Shown: positions 1 through 11,448, counted from the stretch's first letter. The stretch is DNA of 47,722 bases from Pseudomonadota bacterium (GCA_021808035.1 JAKBCG010000001.1:1-47722), one strand, 5' to 3'. Numbers and translations: made by a program. Notes: generated by a model not told the origin, from the letters alone.

Positions 1-1719
<1,719 letters not shown>

Positions 1720-1789
1720 GCGTCGCACCAGTGGTTCGCGTCGATTCGACCATCGAGACACCGAGCCAAATTCCAATAATTTCCTTGAA

Positions 1790-1802
1790 TATCAACGGCT
1801 TG
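1790..1802 (+). promoter_or_regulatory. Candidate IHF binding site in the AT-rich gyrB-downstream intergenic region
   Basis: TATCAACGGCTTG is an exact match to WATCAANNNNTTR, preceded by an AT-rich tract (aaattccaataatttcc). Confidence 0.4.
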
Positions 1803-1852
1803 TATTGCAAAAGCACCTTCGCGAAGAGTTCCGGCGCCACGCAGGAGAGCCG

Positions 1853-2233
1853 ATGAGCGACCCGGGCACGAGCGATGACGGCACGTTCGAGCTATACGAC
1901 CTGAAGGTCGAGGTGGTTGCGCCGCCGGGCGCGAAGATCTATTGCGGTGCGCGCCCCGGCGATCACTTCGAGCTTCACGGCGAGATGTTGCGACTGCCTC
2001 CCGGCCAGGGATTCTCGATCTATTCACTGGCCACGTTGTTGCCGTTGCTGCCCGCGAAGCAACGGCCCCTCGACCCGCACGACTGGATGGCAACCGACAT
2101 GGAGGTCGCCTGTCCCGATCCGAATTGTCCGACGCGGTTCCGGATCACCCGGACTGGGTTGCGTCGTTTCCGACGCGCGGACGTGACGGCGGTGCGTGCG
2201 GCCGGCTGTCGCGACCCGGAAGCGCCGCGGTGA
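1853..2233 (+). CDS. TIGR04076-family Cys-containing uncharacterised protein (126 aa)
   Basis: ATG 1853 follows the SD-like GCAGGAGAG. FELYDLKVEV...IYCGARPGDHFEL.GEML.LPPGQGFSIYSLATLLPLLPAKQR...DWM..D.EVACPDPNC matches my recollection of this family. Confidence 0.8.
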   Translation: MSDPGTSDDGTFELYDLKVEVVAPPGAKIYCGARPGDHFELHGEMLRLPPGQGFSIYSLATLLPLLPAKQRPLDPHDWMATDMEVACPDPNCPTRFRITRTGLRRFRRADVTAVRAAGCRDPEAPR

Positions 2234-3294
2234 TCCCTCGCCATGTCTTCGCCGATGGCTATTCGATTTCGCGGATCATCAAGGGCGGCTGGCATCTGGC
2301 CGGCGGCCACGGGACGGTCGACCCTGCGCAAGCGGTCTCGGACATGGCCGCCTTCCTCGAGGCGGGCGTCACGACCTTCGACTGCGCCGACATCTACACC
2401 GGTGTCGAGGAGTTGATCGGCCGCTTCCGGCGCGAACACCCCGCACTCGCCCGGCGACTCCAGGTCCACACGAAATTCGTCCCCGATCTCCCGGATCTCG
2501 CGACGGTCGATGGCCGGTACGTCGAGCGCATCATCGACCGCTCGCTCGATCGGCTCGGCGTCGAGCGGCTCGATCTCGTGCAATTCCACTGGTGGGACTA
2601 CGCGGTCCCGCGCCACGTCGAGATCGCGACGCACCTCGATCGAATGCGTCGGGCGGGCAAGATCGCGCGGATCGGCGCGACGAACTTCGCCACGACGCAC
2701 CTCGCCGAGATCGTCGCCGCGGGCGTGCCGGTCGTCGCGCATCAGGTTCAATACTCGCTGCTCGACGATCGACCCGCCCGGCGCATGGTCGGGTTCTGCC
2801 GCGAGCACGGCATCGCGCTGCTGTGCTACGGCACGGTTGCCGGCGGCTTTCTCTCCGAGCGATGGCTGGGCGCGGCCGAGCCGCGCGGCGAGCTCGCGAA
2901 TCGGTCGCTGGTCAAGTATCGGTTGATCATCGAGGACTTCGGCGGTTGGCCGTTGTTCCAGGAGTTGCTCACGGTGCTGGCGCAAATCGCCGCCCGCCGG
3001 GACAGCGACATCGCGAGCGTCGCGACGCGCGCGATCCTCGACCGGGATCAGGTCGCCGCGGCGATCGTCGGTGCGACGGGCGTCGCCCACCTGCCGGCGC
3101 ACGAGCGCGCGGCGACACTGCGCCTCGCCGACTCGGACCGCGCGGCGATCGCCGCGATCACGGCCCGTCGGCGCGGCCCGGATGGGGACGTCTACGCGCT
3201 CGAGCGCGACCGCGACGGGCGCCATGGCCGGATCATGAAGTACGCGCTGAATGCCGCACCGGATGGCGGCTCGGTCGCTGGCGGAGGCCGTTAG
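2230..3294 (+). CDS. Aldo/keto reductase (354 aa)
   Basis: GTG start overlaps the upstream stop (GTGA). Motifs: IIKGGWHLAGGHG, TTFDCADIYTGVEELIG, HTKFVPD, SLDRLGVERLDLVQFHWWD, IGATNF, QVQYSLLD. The D/Y/K/H tetrad is present. Confidence 0.93.
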   Translation: MIPRHVFADGYSISRIIKGGWHLAGGHGTVDPAQAVSDMAAFLEAGVTTFDCADIYTGVEELIGRFRREHPALARRLQVHTKFVPDLPDLATVDGRYVERIIDRSLDRLGVERLDLVQFHWWDYAVPRHVEIATHLDRMRRAGKIARIGATNFATTHLAEIVAAGVPVVAHQVQYSLLDDRPARRMVGFCREHGIALLCYGTVAGGFLSERWLGAAEPRGELANRSLVKYRLIIEDFGGWPLFQELLTVLAQIAARRDSDIASVATRAILDRDQVAAAIVGATGVAHLPAHERAATLRLADSDRAAIAAITARRRGPDGDVYALERDRDGRHGRIMKYALNAAPDGGSVAGGGR

Positions 3295-3392
3295 CACCAC
3301 GGCCGCAAGGTGCGGATGCAGACGCGTCTCGCTTAGACCATAATCGGCCTGAAACCAAGGGGACGCAGCGTTCGTCCCGGGGAGAAGCAACG

Positions 3393-5717
3393 ATGATCGG
3401 GGATGCACGGGCCGCTCGGGCGGCTTCCTCCAGGCTTGCGCGGACGATCGCGGCCTTCGCCACGGCCGCGGTCGTGGCGTGGGCCGGCACCGCCGCGGCG
3501 CAGCCGGCGACCGGCGGCTCGGCTGCGGCCGACGCCCCGACCGGCGAACTCCGCCAGATCGTGGTCACCGCGGAGAAGCGTCGCTCGACGGTTCAGAAGA
3601 CCCCGATCAGCATCACGGCGATCAGCGGCGCCGACCTGCAGGCTGCTGGGCTGACGAGCATGCTCGCCGTCGCCCAGCAGGTGCCCGGATTGTCCTTCAA
3701 GACCGCGGGACCGGGTCAGACCGAGTTCGAAATGCGCGGACTTACGTCGACCGGGGGCGAGTCGCCGACGGTCGGGTTCTACCTGGATGAAACCGCGCTG
3801 ACGCCGCCGGCGATGGCGCAAAACGGCAAGGTCGTGGTCGATCCGGATCTCTACGACCTGAATCGGATCGAAGTGCTGCGCGGACCGCAGGGTACCCTCT
3901 ATGGCGCCGGATCGATGGGCGGTACGGTGAAGCTCGTGACCAACGCGCCGGATCCGGGTCGGTTCGCGGCCAGTGCGGAGCTGATCGGCTCCGGTACCGA
4001 CGGCGGCGGCTTCAACCACACGCTCAACGGCATGCTCAACCTGCCGCTGTGGTCGCGCGCCGCACTGCGTCTCGTCGCCACCGACAAGCACGTCTCCGGT
4101 TGGATCGACCGCGACGTGCTGAACCCGTTCCCGCTGGAGGTCGACAACAGCACGCAGCGCGGCGACGTACGCGCCGCGCCCATCGTGCAGCAGATCAAGC
4201 ATTCGAACTGGGAGGATTTGAAGGGCGGCCGGGCGACGCTGCTGGTGAGGCCGACCGACCGCTTCAGCGTGAAGGCCGGCGTGTTCTATCAGAGCATCCA
4301 CCAGGGTGGCCCGAACACGATCGACGTGCCGCCGGGCGACGAGGTGCACTATCAGCCGTTCAACGTGGCCGAGCCGTTCCAGGACGTGTTCAACCTGGCG
4401 ACGCTCGATCTGAAATACGACTTCGACGGCTTCCAGGTGATCTCGGCGACCTCGAGCTGGACTCGCCGCCAGGTTCAGACCCAGGACATCTCCGAGGCGA
4501 TGCAATTCTACATCGGCGGCTTCCTGGGCCCGCCGGCAAACTTCCCGTTCTCGACGGCCGCCGGCGGCCTGGGCGCGGGCTCGATTTCCGAGGACGACTA
4601 CTCTCGACAGGTGAGCGAGGAGCTGCGTGTCGCGTCGACCGGGCACGGGCCGTTCCAGTGGTTGATCGGGGGCTACTACGCGGGCTTCCGCGCGACCTCG
4701 CACGTCTACTCGTACTACGACGGCTTCACCGCGCTGTTCGGCACCAACAATCTCGCGGACAATCACCGTGCGCTCGGCGTCGACCAGTACGCGTTGTTCG
4801 GCGAGGCCTCATATCGACTGCCCGACCATCTGAAGGCGACACTGGGGGCACGCTACTTCACCTATCACAGCGGTTCCGCGACCAGCGTCAGCGGGATCTC
4901 TGCGAACGGGACGAGCGCGACGCTCCACGGCCTCGCCGCGAACTCCGGCGTCACGCCGAAGATCAACCTCGCGTACATCCCGAACGGCGACCTGACGGTG
5001 TACGCGAACATCGCAAAGGGATTCCGGCCCGGCGGGCCGAATTCGCCGATCCCGCCGCCGTGCTCGCCGGCGCCGACCCAGTTCGGCCCGGACAGCGTCT
5101 GGAGCTATGAACTCGGCGAGAAGGCGCGACTGTTCGATCGGCGCGCCTCGCTGAACGGCGACGTCTACTACGAGCTGTGGAACGACGTGCAACAGGAGGT
5201 CGCGCCGGGCTGCGGCTACAAGTTCACGACCAACGCCGGCAAGGCGAAGGCCTACGGCGCCGAGGTCGAGGCCGAGGTCGAGCTGACCGGGGGATGGCTG
5301 GTCTCGCAGAACTTCGGCTACACGCATGCGACCAACTCGACCACGGTGCCGGCGGCCGGTGTCGTCGCCGGCGACCGACTGCTCGACGTTCCGCAGTGGA
5401 CCGCTAATACGAGCCTCGCGTACCGCCGGCCGCTGCGCGATGCGCTCGCGTTCGTCGCGCGGGCGACCAACAGTTACTACGGCTCGGTCCAGGACATCAC
5501 CTTCACGCGCAACACGCTGCCGTCGTACGATCTGGTCGGCGCTCGCGCCGGCGTCGAGAGCGATGGGTGGACCGCGACCGTGTTCGTCGACAACCTCACG
5601 AACAAGAAGGCGTACCTGTCCGACACCGGTGCGCTGTCCGCGAACATCTCGATCCTGAACCGGGTCGCGACGAACCAGCCCCGCACCTATGGGCTCGATC
5701 TGTCCGTGAAGTTCTGA
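3393..5717 (+). CDS. TonB-dependent outer membrane receptor (774 aa)
   Basis: ATG 3393 follows GGGGAGAAG. Signal peptide ending AAA-Q, TonB box ELRQIVVTAEKR, plug DLNRIEVLRGPQGTLYGAGSMGG, KGFRPGG, WSYELGEK, C-terminal QPRTYGLDLSVKF. Confidence 0.95.
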   Translation: MIGDARAARAASSRLARTIAAFATAAVVAWAGTAAAQPATGGSAAADAPTGELRQIVVTAEKRRSTVQKTPISITAISGADLQAAGLTSMLAVAQQVPGLSFKTAGPGQTEFEMRGLTSTGGESPTVGFYLDETALTPPAMAQNGKVVVDPDLYDLNRIEVLRGPQGTLYGAGSMGGTVKLVTNAPDPGRFAASAELIGSGTDGGGFNHTLNGMLNLPLWSRAALRLVATDKHVSGWIDRDVLNPFPLEVDNSTQRGDVRAAPIVQQIKHSNWEDLKGGRATLLVRPTDRFSVKAGVFYQSIHQGGPNTIDVPPGDEVHYQPFNVAEPFQDVFNLATLDLKYDFDGFQVISATSSWTRRQVQTQDISEAMQFYIGGFLGPPANFPFSTAAGGLGAGSISEDDYSRQVSEELRVASTGHGPFQWLIGGYYAGFRATSHVYSYYDGFTALFGTNNLADNHRALGVDQYALFGEASYRLPDHLKATLGARYFTYHSGSATSVSGISANGTSATLHGLAANSGVTPKINLAYIPNGDLTVYANIAKGFRPGGPNSPIPPPCSPAPTQFGPDSVWSYELGEKARLFDRRASLNGDVYYELWNDVQQEVAPGCGYKFTTNAGKAKAYGAEVEAEVELTGGWLVSQNFGYTHATNSTTVPAAGVVAGDRLLDVPQWTANTSLAYRRPLRDALAFVARATNSYYGSVQDITFTRNTLPSYDLVGARAGVESDGWTATVFVDNLTNKKAYLSDTGALSANISILNRVATNQPRTYGLDLSVKF

Positions 5718-5727
5718 TGCACAGGGC

Positions 5728-7041
5728 GTGGTCGAAGCGGTAGCAGACGGCGGCGACGGCGGCTATCCACCGCGTGCTTACGCGTGGACGGTCGTCGCGA
5801 TCCTGATCGGTACGGCGATCGTTTCCTACACCGACCGGCAGGTGCTGAGTCTGCTGGTCGATCCGATCCGACGCGATCTGGCGATCGGCGACACGCGGAT
5901 GAGCCTGCTGCTCGGCACCGCGTTCGCGATCGTCTACGGGGTCGCGGGACTTCCGCTCGGCTGGCTGGCCGACCGGGTCTCGAGACGTAACTTGATCGTC
6001 GCCGGTGTCGCCGTCTGGAGCCTCGGCACCATCGCCTGCGGGCTGTCCCGTGACTTCGACGAGTTGTTCGCCAGCCGCGTCGTCGTCGGACTCGGCGAGG
6101 CGGTGCTGTCGCCGGCCGCGATTTCGCTGATCAGCGACATCTTTCCGCCGTCGCGGCGCGGGACGGCGGTCGGTGCGTTTCTCAGCGGGATCGCGATCGG
6201 GATCGGCGCCTCTATCCTGATCGGCGGCGGCGTGCTCCGGGCGGTCGAGGCCGGCGTGTTCGCGGGGACGCCGCTCGCGCCGCTAGCGGCCTGGCGGCTC
6301 GTGCTGATCCTGATCGGCGTGCCCGGACTCCTCTGGACGGCCGCGATCTTCGCGATCCGCGAGCCCGTGCGGCGTGGCGCGGCCGCCGTCATCGGGGGGA
6401 CGCGCGAGTCGGGCCTCGGCGCCACGGCCGGCCGCGGCCTGCTACGCGTCGCGCCGATCTACGTCGTGGTGGCTGCCGCCTCGTTGGTCGACAACGCGGT
6501 CGGCGCCTGGGCGCCGACGCTGCTGATCCGCGAGTTCCACCGCGACGCGGCCGAGGTCGGCCTGCAGCTCGGCCTGTTCCTGACGATCGCATTCGGTGTC
6601 GGCGTGCTGCTCGGCGGCTGGCTCGCGGACCGCGTCGCAGCGCGCGGCGGCACCGCGCACAAGCTCGGCGTCTGCATGCTCGCCGGCACTGCGATCCTGC
6701 CGATCGGCGGGCTGATGGTCTCGCCGCGGTTCTCGGTCGTGATGGCTGCCGTGCCGGCGTATTTCGCGCTGTCCGGCATCGTGACCGCTGCCGGATTTTC
6801 GGCGATTCTCGACCTCGTCCCGCAGCGATCGCGGGGCCTCGCGATGGCGATCAGCTTCTTCCTGAACGTCGCGATCGGCGCGGGGCTCGGGCCGACCGCC
6901 GTCGCGATGGCCGCGGCCCGCGTCGCCGGCGCGGCGTCGGGTCTCGCGGTCGGGCTGTCGCTGACCGCCGCCGGCGGCTATGGCCTCGCGATCGCGTCGG
7001 CGGCCGTCGGCTGGGTGCTCGTGCCGCGCCGCGCTCAGTAG
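5728..7041 (+). CDS. MFS transporter (spinster-like)
   Basis: YAWTVVAIL...SYTDRQVLSLLVDPIRRDL, motif A GWLADRVSRR, GLGEAVLSPAAISLISDIFPPSRRG, second GGWLADR; about 12 hydrophobic segments. Confidence 0.93.
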   Translation: MVEAVADGGDGGYPPRAYAWTVVAILIGTAIVSYTDRQVLSLLVDPIRRDLAIGDTRMSLLLGTAFAIVYGVAGLPLGWLADRVSRRNLIVAGVAVWSLGTIACGLSRDFDELFASRVVVGLGEAVLSPAAISLISDIFPPSRRGTAVGAFLSGIAIGIGASILIGGGVLRAVEAGVFAGTPLAPLAAWRLVLILIGVPGLLWTAAIFAIREPVRRGAAAVIGGTRESGLGATAGRGLLRVAPIYVVVAAASLVDNAVGAWAPTLLIREFHRDAAEVGLQLGLFLTIAFGVGVLLGGWLADRVAARGGTAHKLGVCMLAGTAILPIGGLMVSPRFSVVMAAVPAYFALSGIVTAAGFSAILDLVPQRSRGLAMAISFFLNVAIGAGLGPTAVAMAAARVAGAASGLAVGLSLTAAGGYGLAIASAAVGWVLVPRRAQ

Positions 7042-7463
7042 ATCCCGGGGATCAAGCGCTTCGTGCGCCGTCGATACGCGGCGTATTCCGTGCCGAACGC
7101 GGCGGCGAGCGCCGCTTCCTCTTCGCGGATGCGGAACAGGTACGGCAAGGGCATCAGCAGCACGAGCAGCGCGAAACTGCGCCAGTCGCCGAGCGCGGCG
7201 ATCGAGCGGAATCGTAGCGCGATCCCGCTCGCCATCACGCAGAGGCCCACCCACGGCAGCCAGGAGGGTCGCACCGGCGCGGCCGACGCGAACGCCGACT
7301 GGATCGCGACGATACAGACGATCGGGCTGAGCAGCATCAGCACCCCGAGCGAGCGGCGGTCGCGATTCTCCGAAGCCCCGGTCTTCCACCGAAACACGAT
7401 GGCCGCATCGATCAGAACCCAAACGACGAAGGCTCCGATCGCAAGATGCCGCGGACTCAGCAT
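7035..7463 (-). pseudogene. ICMT/Ste14-family (isoprenylcysteine carboxyl methyltransferase-like) membrane protein with an apparent in-frame internal deletion
   Basis: N-terminus DRRSLGVL...GLCVMASGIALRFRSIAALG and C-terminus RIREEEAALAAAFGTEYAAYRRRTKRLIPGIY are typical. The central H.LV..GPY..VRHP.Y segment is missing. The ORF is intact, so pseudogene status is inferred. Confidence 0.6.
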
Positions 7464-7503
7464 GGCTCGCCCCCTTCAGTCGCGATGGTCTGTTGATCTG
7501 CCG

Positions 7504-8223
7504 CTAATTTCGTTTTATCGCCTCGATCTTCGCCAATTGTGATTCGATCGAAACCTTGACCTCCTCGGTCAGCGCGCGCGGGTCTTTGCCGGTCGGATCG
7601 ATCGACGGCCCGATACTCACCCGAATCAGTCCCGGTCGTTTCAATAGACCGCGGCGGGGCCAGAACTCGCCGGCATCATGCGCGATCGGGACGATCCGGT
7701 GTCCGGACGCGATCGCGAGCATCGCGCCGCTCACCCCATATTTGCGTTGTTGTCCGGGCATCACGCGGGTGCCTTCCGGGAAGATCACGATCCACAGCCC
7801 GTCGCGAAGCCGCGCTTGGCCTTGCTCGACGACCTGGCTCACGGCGCGATGTCCCGCGCCCCGATCGATCGCGATCGGCTTCAGGAGCCTCAGGCCCCAG
7901 CCCACGAACGGGATCCACAGGAGTTCGCGCTTCAGCACCCAGACCTGGGTCGGCAGCAGCACGAAGAACGCGACCGTCTCCCAGGCCGAGGTGTGATTGC
8001 TCATCGCGATATGGTTTCCCGGCGGCAGGTGCTCCGCGCCCTCGACGACGTAGCGCAGCCCGCACAGCATCGCGAGCATCCACAGCACCCCGCGAGCCCA
8101 GGTCCGCGCGAGTGCGAACTGCGCCCGGTGCGGCAGGAAGAACAGCAGCGCCATCACGAGCCCGAAGACGCAGGCCGACAGCATCAGGTAGGCGGTGAAC
8201 AACAGCGAGCGAAGATTCTGCAT
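7504..8223 (-). CDS. plsC: 1-acyl-sn-glycerol-3-phosphate acyltransferase
   Basis: SNHTSAWET (NHxxxxD/E block), LKRELLWIPFVGW, AIDRG, IFPEGTR; downstream of glyS. Confidence 0.93.
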   Translation of the reverse strand: MQNLRSLLFTAYLMLSACVFGLVMALLFFLPHRAQFALARTWARGVLWMLAMLCGLRYVVEGAEHLPPGNHIAMSNHTSAWETVAFFVLLPTQVWVLKRELLWIPFVGWGLRLLKPIAIDRGAGHRAVSQVVEQGQARLRDGLWIVIFPEGTRVMPGQQRKYGVSGAMLAIASGHRIVPIAHDAGEFWPRRGLLKRPGLIRVSIGPSIDPTGKDPRALTEEVKVSIESQLAKIEAIKRN

Positions 8224-8237
8224 CCGATGCGCCGCGC

Positions 8238-10307
8238 TCAGCCGGGCAATCGCGACAGGTCCGCGACGCCGCCGAGCAATGCCCGCACGTCGCGCAGCAG
8301 CGCGAGCCGATTCTCGCGTCGCGCCGTGTCCGGGTCCATCACGAGCACCGCGTCGAAGAATGCGTCCACGTCGGTGCGCAGCGCGCGGGCCGCGCCGAGC
8401 GCGTCCGCATAGCGCCGCGAGGCGAGCGCACGCTCCACTTGCGGCGCGACCTCGAGGTAACGTGCATGCAGACGCCGTTCCGCGGGCTCGGCGAACACCA
8501 TGGGGTCCACCGGCCGGCCCGAGGCGACCGGCGCCTTGCGCAGTATGTTGCCGATCCGCTTGTTCGCGGCCGCGAGCACTGCGCCGTCGGCGCTCGACAG
8601 GAATTCCTGCAGCGCCATCAACCGGGCTTCGGCGTCGAGCGGGGACCGCGGCGCCACCGCGAGCACGGCTTCGATCGCATCACCGGTCGCCGCCGTCACG
8701 CGCTCCGCCAGCACCCCGCGCAGCCGATCGGCGATGAACGCGAGCAGTTCCGTGATCGTGCCGGCGCGGGTCACCGGCTGCGCCGCGACGGCGCGCTCGA
8801 GGAGCGCGCTGAGATCGAGGTCGAGCGGCGTCTCGAGCAATATCCGCAGCACGCCGAGCGCCGCGCGCCGCAGACCGAACGGGTCCTTCGCGCCGGTCGG
8901 CTTCTCGCCGATCGCGAAGATCCCCGCGAGGGTGTCGATCTTGTCGGCGAGCGCGAGCGCGCGTCCCGCGCGGGTGCGCGGCAACGCGTCCCCGGCGAAG
9001 CGCGGACGGTACTGCTCCTCGATCGCGTCGGCGACCGCCGGCGCCTCGCCGGCTTCGAGCGCGTAGTAGCGGCCCATCGTGCCCTGCAGTTCTGGAAACT
9101 CTCCGACCATCGCGGTGACCAGGTCGGCCTTCGCGAGCGCCGCGGCGCGTTCCACCGTGTCACCGCCGCCGCCGGTCGCGCGCTCGATCTCGAGCGCGAG
9201 CGCCCGCACCCGCGCGGTCTTGTCCGCGTAGCTGCCGAGTTTGCCCTGGAAGGTCACCTCACCGAGCTGCGCCGCGCAGTCGGCGAGGCCGCGCTTGCGA
9301 TCCTGATTCCAGAAGAACTCCGCATCGGCGAGACGCGGGCGTACGACCCGCTCGTTGCCTTCGCGCACCTGGTCCGGATCGCGGCTGACCAGATTCGCGA
9401 TCGTGACGAAGTGCGCGCTCAGCGCCCCTTCAGCCGTCTCGACCGGAAAATAGCGCTGATGATCCTGGATCGTCGCGACGATCACCTCGCGCGGCAGGCG
9501 GCGGTAGCGCGCATCGAATCGGCCGATGACGGCGACCGGCCACTCGACGAGCGCGGTCACCTCGTCGAGCAACGCCGGATCGATCAACGCCCGCCCGCCG
9601 GCGCCCAGCGCCGCGGTCGCCACTTCATCGCGGATGCGCTGCCGACGCTCGGTGAAGTCGGCGAGGACCTTCGCGCGGCGCAGCGCGCCGGGGTAGCTGC
9701 GGGGCGTGCGCACGCGGATCGACCGCGGCGCGTGGAACCGGTGGCCTTGCGTGTCGCGCCCGGCGATCAAGCCGAGGATCGCGCAGGGCACGACCTCGTC
9801 GCCGAACAACATCAGGACCCGATGAACCGGGCGCACGAACTCGACCGCGCCCGCGCCCCAGCGCATCCGTCGCGGCGCCGGCAGTGCCGAGACCGCTCGC
9901 TCGGCGATCGCGCCGAGCCGGTCGACCGTTGCGGCTCCCGGATCGACGCCGCGGTAGCCGAGCCAGGACCCCTTGTCGTTCGTGATCTCGCTCAAATCCT
10001 CGACCGCGACTCCGCAGCTGCGCGCGAACGCGAGCGCCGCCTGCGTGGGCTGGCCGTCCGCGGTGTACGCGGTGCTGCGCGGCGGTCCGCGGCGCTCGAT
10101 CGCGCGGTCCGGCTGCCGCTCGGCACAGCGCTCGACCAGGACCGCGAGCCGCCGCGGGGTTGCGAATCGACGGATCCGGCCGTGGCCGATCGCGGCCGAA
10201 TCGAGACCGGCCGCGAAGCCTTCCGCGAGCGCGATCGACAGGGCCTCGAGGCTGCGCGGCGGCAGTTCCTCGGTGAGCAACTCGAACAGCAGGTCCCGGG
10301 CGGCCAT
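8238..10307 (-). CDS. glyS: Glycine--tRNA ligase beta subunit
   Basis: DLLFELLTEELPP, FATPRRLAV, MRWG...FVRPV, KADLVTAMVGEFPELQGTMG, DPFGLRRAA, RENRLALL. ATG overlaps the glyQ stop (TGATG). Confidence 0.98.
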   Translation of the reverse strand: MAARDLLFELLTEELPPRSLEALSIALAEGFAAGLDSAAIGHGRIRRFATPRRLAVLVERCAERQPDRAIERRGPPRSTAYTADGQPTQAALAFARSCGVAVEDLSEITNDKGSWLGYRGVDPGAATVDRLGAIAERAVSALPAPRRMRWGAGAVEFVRPVHRVLMLFGDEVVPCAILGLIAGRDTQGHRFHAPRSIRVRTPRSYPGALRRAKVLADFTERRQRIRDEVATAALGAGGRALIDPALLDEVTALVEWPVAVIGRFDARYRRLPREVIVATIQDHQRYFPVETAEGALSAHFVTIANLVSRDPDQVREGNERVVRPRLADAEFFWNQDRKRGLADCAAQLGEVTFQGKLGSYADKTARVRALALEIERATGGGGDTVERAAALAKADLVTAMVGEFPELQGTMGRYYALEAGEAPAVADAIEEQYRPRFAGDALPRTRAGRALALADKIDTLAGIFAIGEKPTGAKDPFGLRRAALGVLRILLETPLDLDLSALLERAVAAQPVTRAGTITELLAFIADRLRGVLAERVTAATGDAIEAVLAVAPRSPLDAEARLMALQEFLSSADGAVLAAANKRIGNILRKAPVASGRPVDPMVFAEPAERRLHARYLEVAPQVERALASRRYADALGAARALRTDVDAFFDAVLVMDPDTARRENRLALLRDVRALLGGVADLSRLPG

Positions 10308-11233
10308 CACGCCACCCGTCCGGCGACGTTGCCCTGACACAGCGGGAAGCCGAGCGCCTCACGAGCGTCGCGATAGCCTTCCGCGACTGCGCGTGCGAGC
10401 GCGCGAACCCGCAGGATGTACCGCTGGCGCTCCGTGACCGAGACCGCGCGACGGGCGTCGAGCAAATTGAAAGTGTGCGAGGCCTCGAGCATCCGCTCGT
10501 ACGCTGGCAGCACCAGCCGGTCGGCGATCAGCCGGCCGCAAGCCGCTTCCGCCGCATCGAACGCGTGCCGCAGTTCGGCGACGTCGGCCTTCTCGAAGTT
10601 GTATGCCGATTGTTCGACTTCGTTCTGGTGGAACACGTCGCCGTAGGTCACCCGGCGGCCGGGACCGTCGGTCCAGACGATGTCGAAGATGCTCTCGGTG
10701 CCTTGGATGTACATCGCGAGACGTTCAAGGCCATAGGCGATCTCACCCATCACCGGTCGGCAATCGATCCCGCCCACCTGCTGGAAGTACGTGAACTGGG
10801 TGATCTCCATGCCGTTCAGCCAGACCTCCCAACCGAGCCCCCAGGCGCCGAGCGTCGGCGACTCCCAGTTGTCCTCGACGAACCGGATGTCATGGGTCAG
10901 CAGGTCGAAGCCGAGTGCCCGGAGCGACCCGAGATAGAGCGCCTGGAAATCAGCCGGCGAAGGCTTCATCACGACCTGGAACTGATAGTAGTGCTGCAAA
11001 CGGAAAGGATTGTCCCCGTAGCGCCCGTCGGTCGGCCGGCGCGAGGCCTGCACGTATGCGGCGTTCCAGGGTTCCGGTCCGACGGCCCGCAGGAAGGTCG
11101 CAGGCGCGAAAGTCCCGGCGCCCACTTCCATATCGTAGGGCTGCATCACGACGCAACCCTGCGCCGACCAATAGCGTTGCAGCGCGAAGATCAAGTCCTG
11201 AAACGTTCGTGGGGGCGCGGCAGCTTTCGGCAT
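10307..11233 (-). CDS. glyQ: Glycine--tRNA ligase alpha subunit
   Basis: [75 protein letters not shown]. Start ATG 11233. Confidence 0.98.
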   Translation of the reverse strand: MPKAAAPPRTFQDLIFALQRYWSAQGCVVMQPYDMEVGAGTFAPATFLRAVGPEPWNAAYVQASRRPTDGRYGDNPFRLQHYYQFQVVMKPSPADFQALYLGSLRALGFDLLTHDIRFVEDNWESPTLGAWGLGWEVWLNGMEITQFTYFQQVGGIDCRPVMGEIAYGLERLAMYIQGTESIFDIVWTDGPGRRVTYGDVFHQNEVEQSAYNFEKADVAELRHAFDAAEAACGRLIADRLVLPAYERMLEASHTFNLLDARRAVSVTERQRYILRVRALARAVAEGYRDAREALGFPLCQGNVAGRVA

Positions 11234-11356
11234 GAGGGCGCTCGATCGCAAAGCGAACAAGTATAGCGAGGCGAACGTGCACGCGCGCGCGCGGCGCGGG
11301 CATGAATCCGCATGCGCGCCGTATGCGCCCGGACCAAACGACCGTCCTCGTCGTCG

Positions 11357-11404
11357 CGCGCCAAAATGATGCGCCAAATTGGCATAACGCCCTCGATTGG
11401 TGCA
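11357..11404. promoter_or_regulatory. Tandem NtrC enhancer sites upstream of glnA
   Basis: CGCGCCAAAATGATGCG (11357-11373) and CGCCCTCGATTGGTGCA (11388-11404) resemble TGCACC-N5-GGTGCA and are spaced 31 bp (three helical turns). Confidence 0.75.
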
Positions 11405-11435
11405 CGCTACGCGCCTAATCATTCCGCAATGATGC

Positions 11436-11448
11436 CAAACCCTTGATT
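11436..11448 (-). promoter_or_regulatory. IHF site between the NtrC enhancers and the sigma54 promoter
   Basis: Minus-strand AATCAAGGGTTTG is an exact WATCAANNNNTTR match, in the position expected for enhancer looping. Confidence 0.65.

Noticed and set aside
1724..1810. Possible NtrC box (CGCACCAGTGGTTCGCG) and sigma54 promoter (GGCTTGTATTGCA) upstream of the TIGR04076 gene
   Set aside because: GG-GC spacing is 8 rather than 10 nt and the right half of the NtrC-like box is poor.
3346..3390. Possible riboswitch in the TBDR leader (hairpin GGGACG-CAGCGTT-CGTCCC before the SD; partial resemblance to c-di-GMP-I GGGACGCA)
   Set aside because: Too short; the GNRA/receptor architecture and other conserved elements are missing. 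Only a 6-bp stem is supported; an Rfam scan would settle it.
2196..3392. 399-aa N-terminal extension of the TBDR in the 1173-aa ORF
   Set aside because: Arg/Pro-rich off-frame translation overlapping the AKR. The SD and signal peptide indicate a start at 3393.
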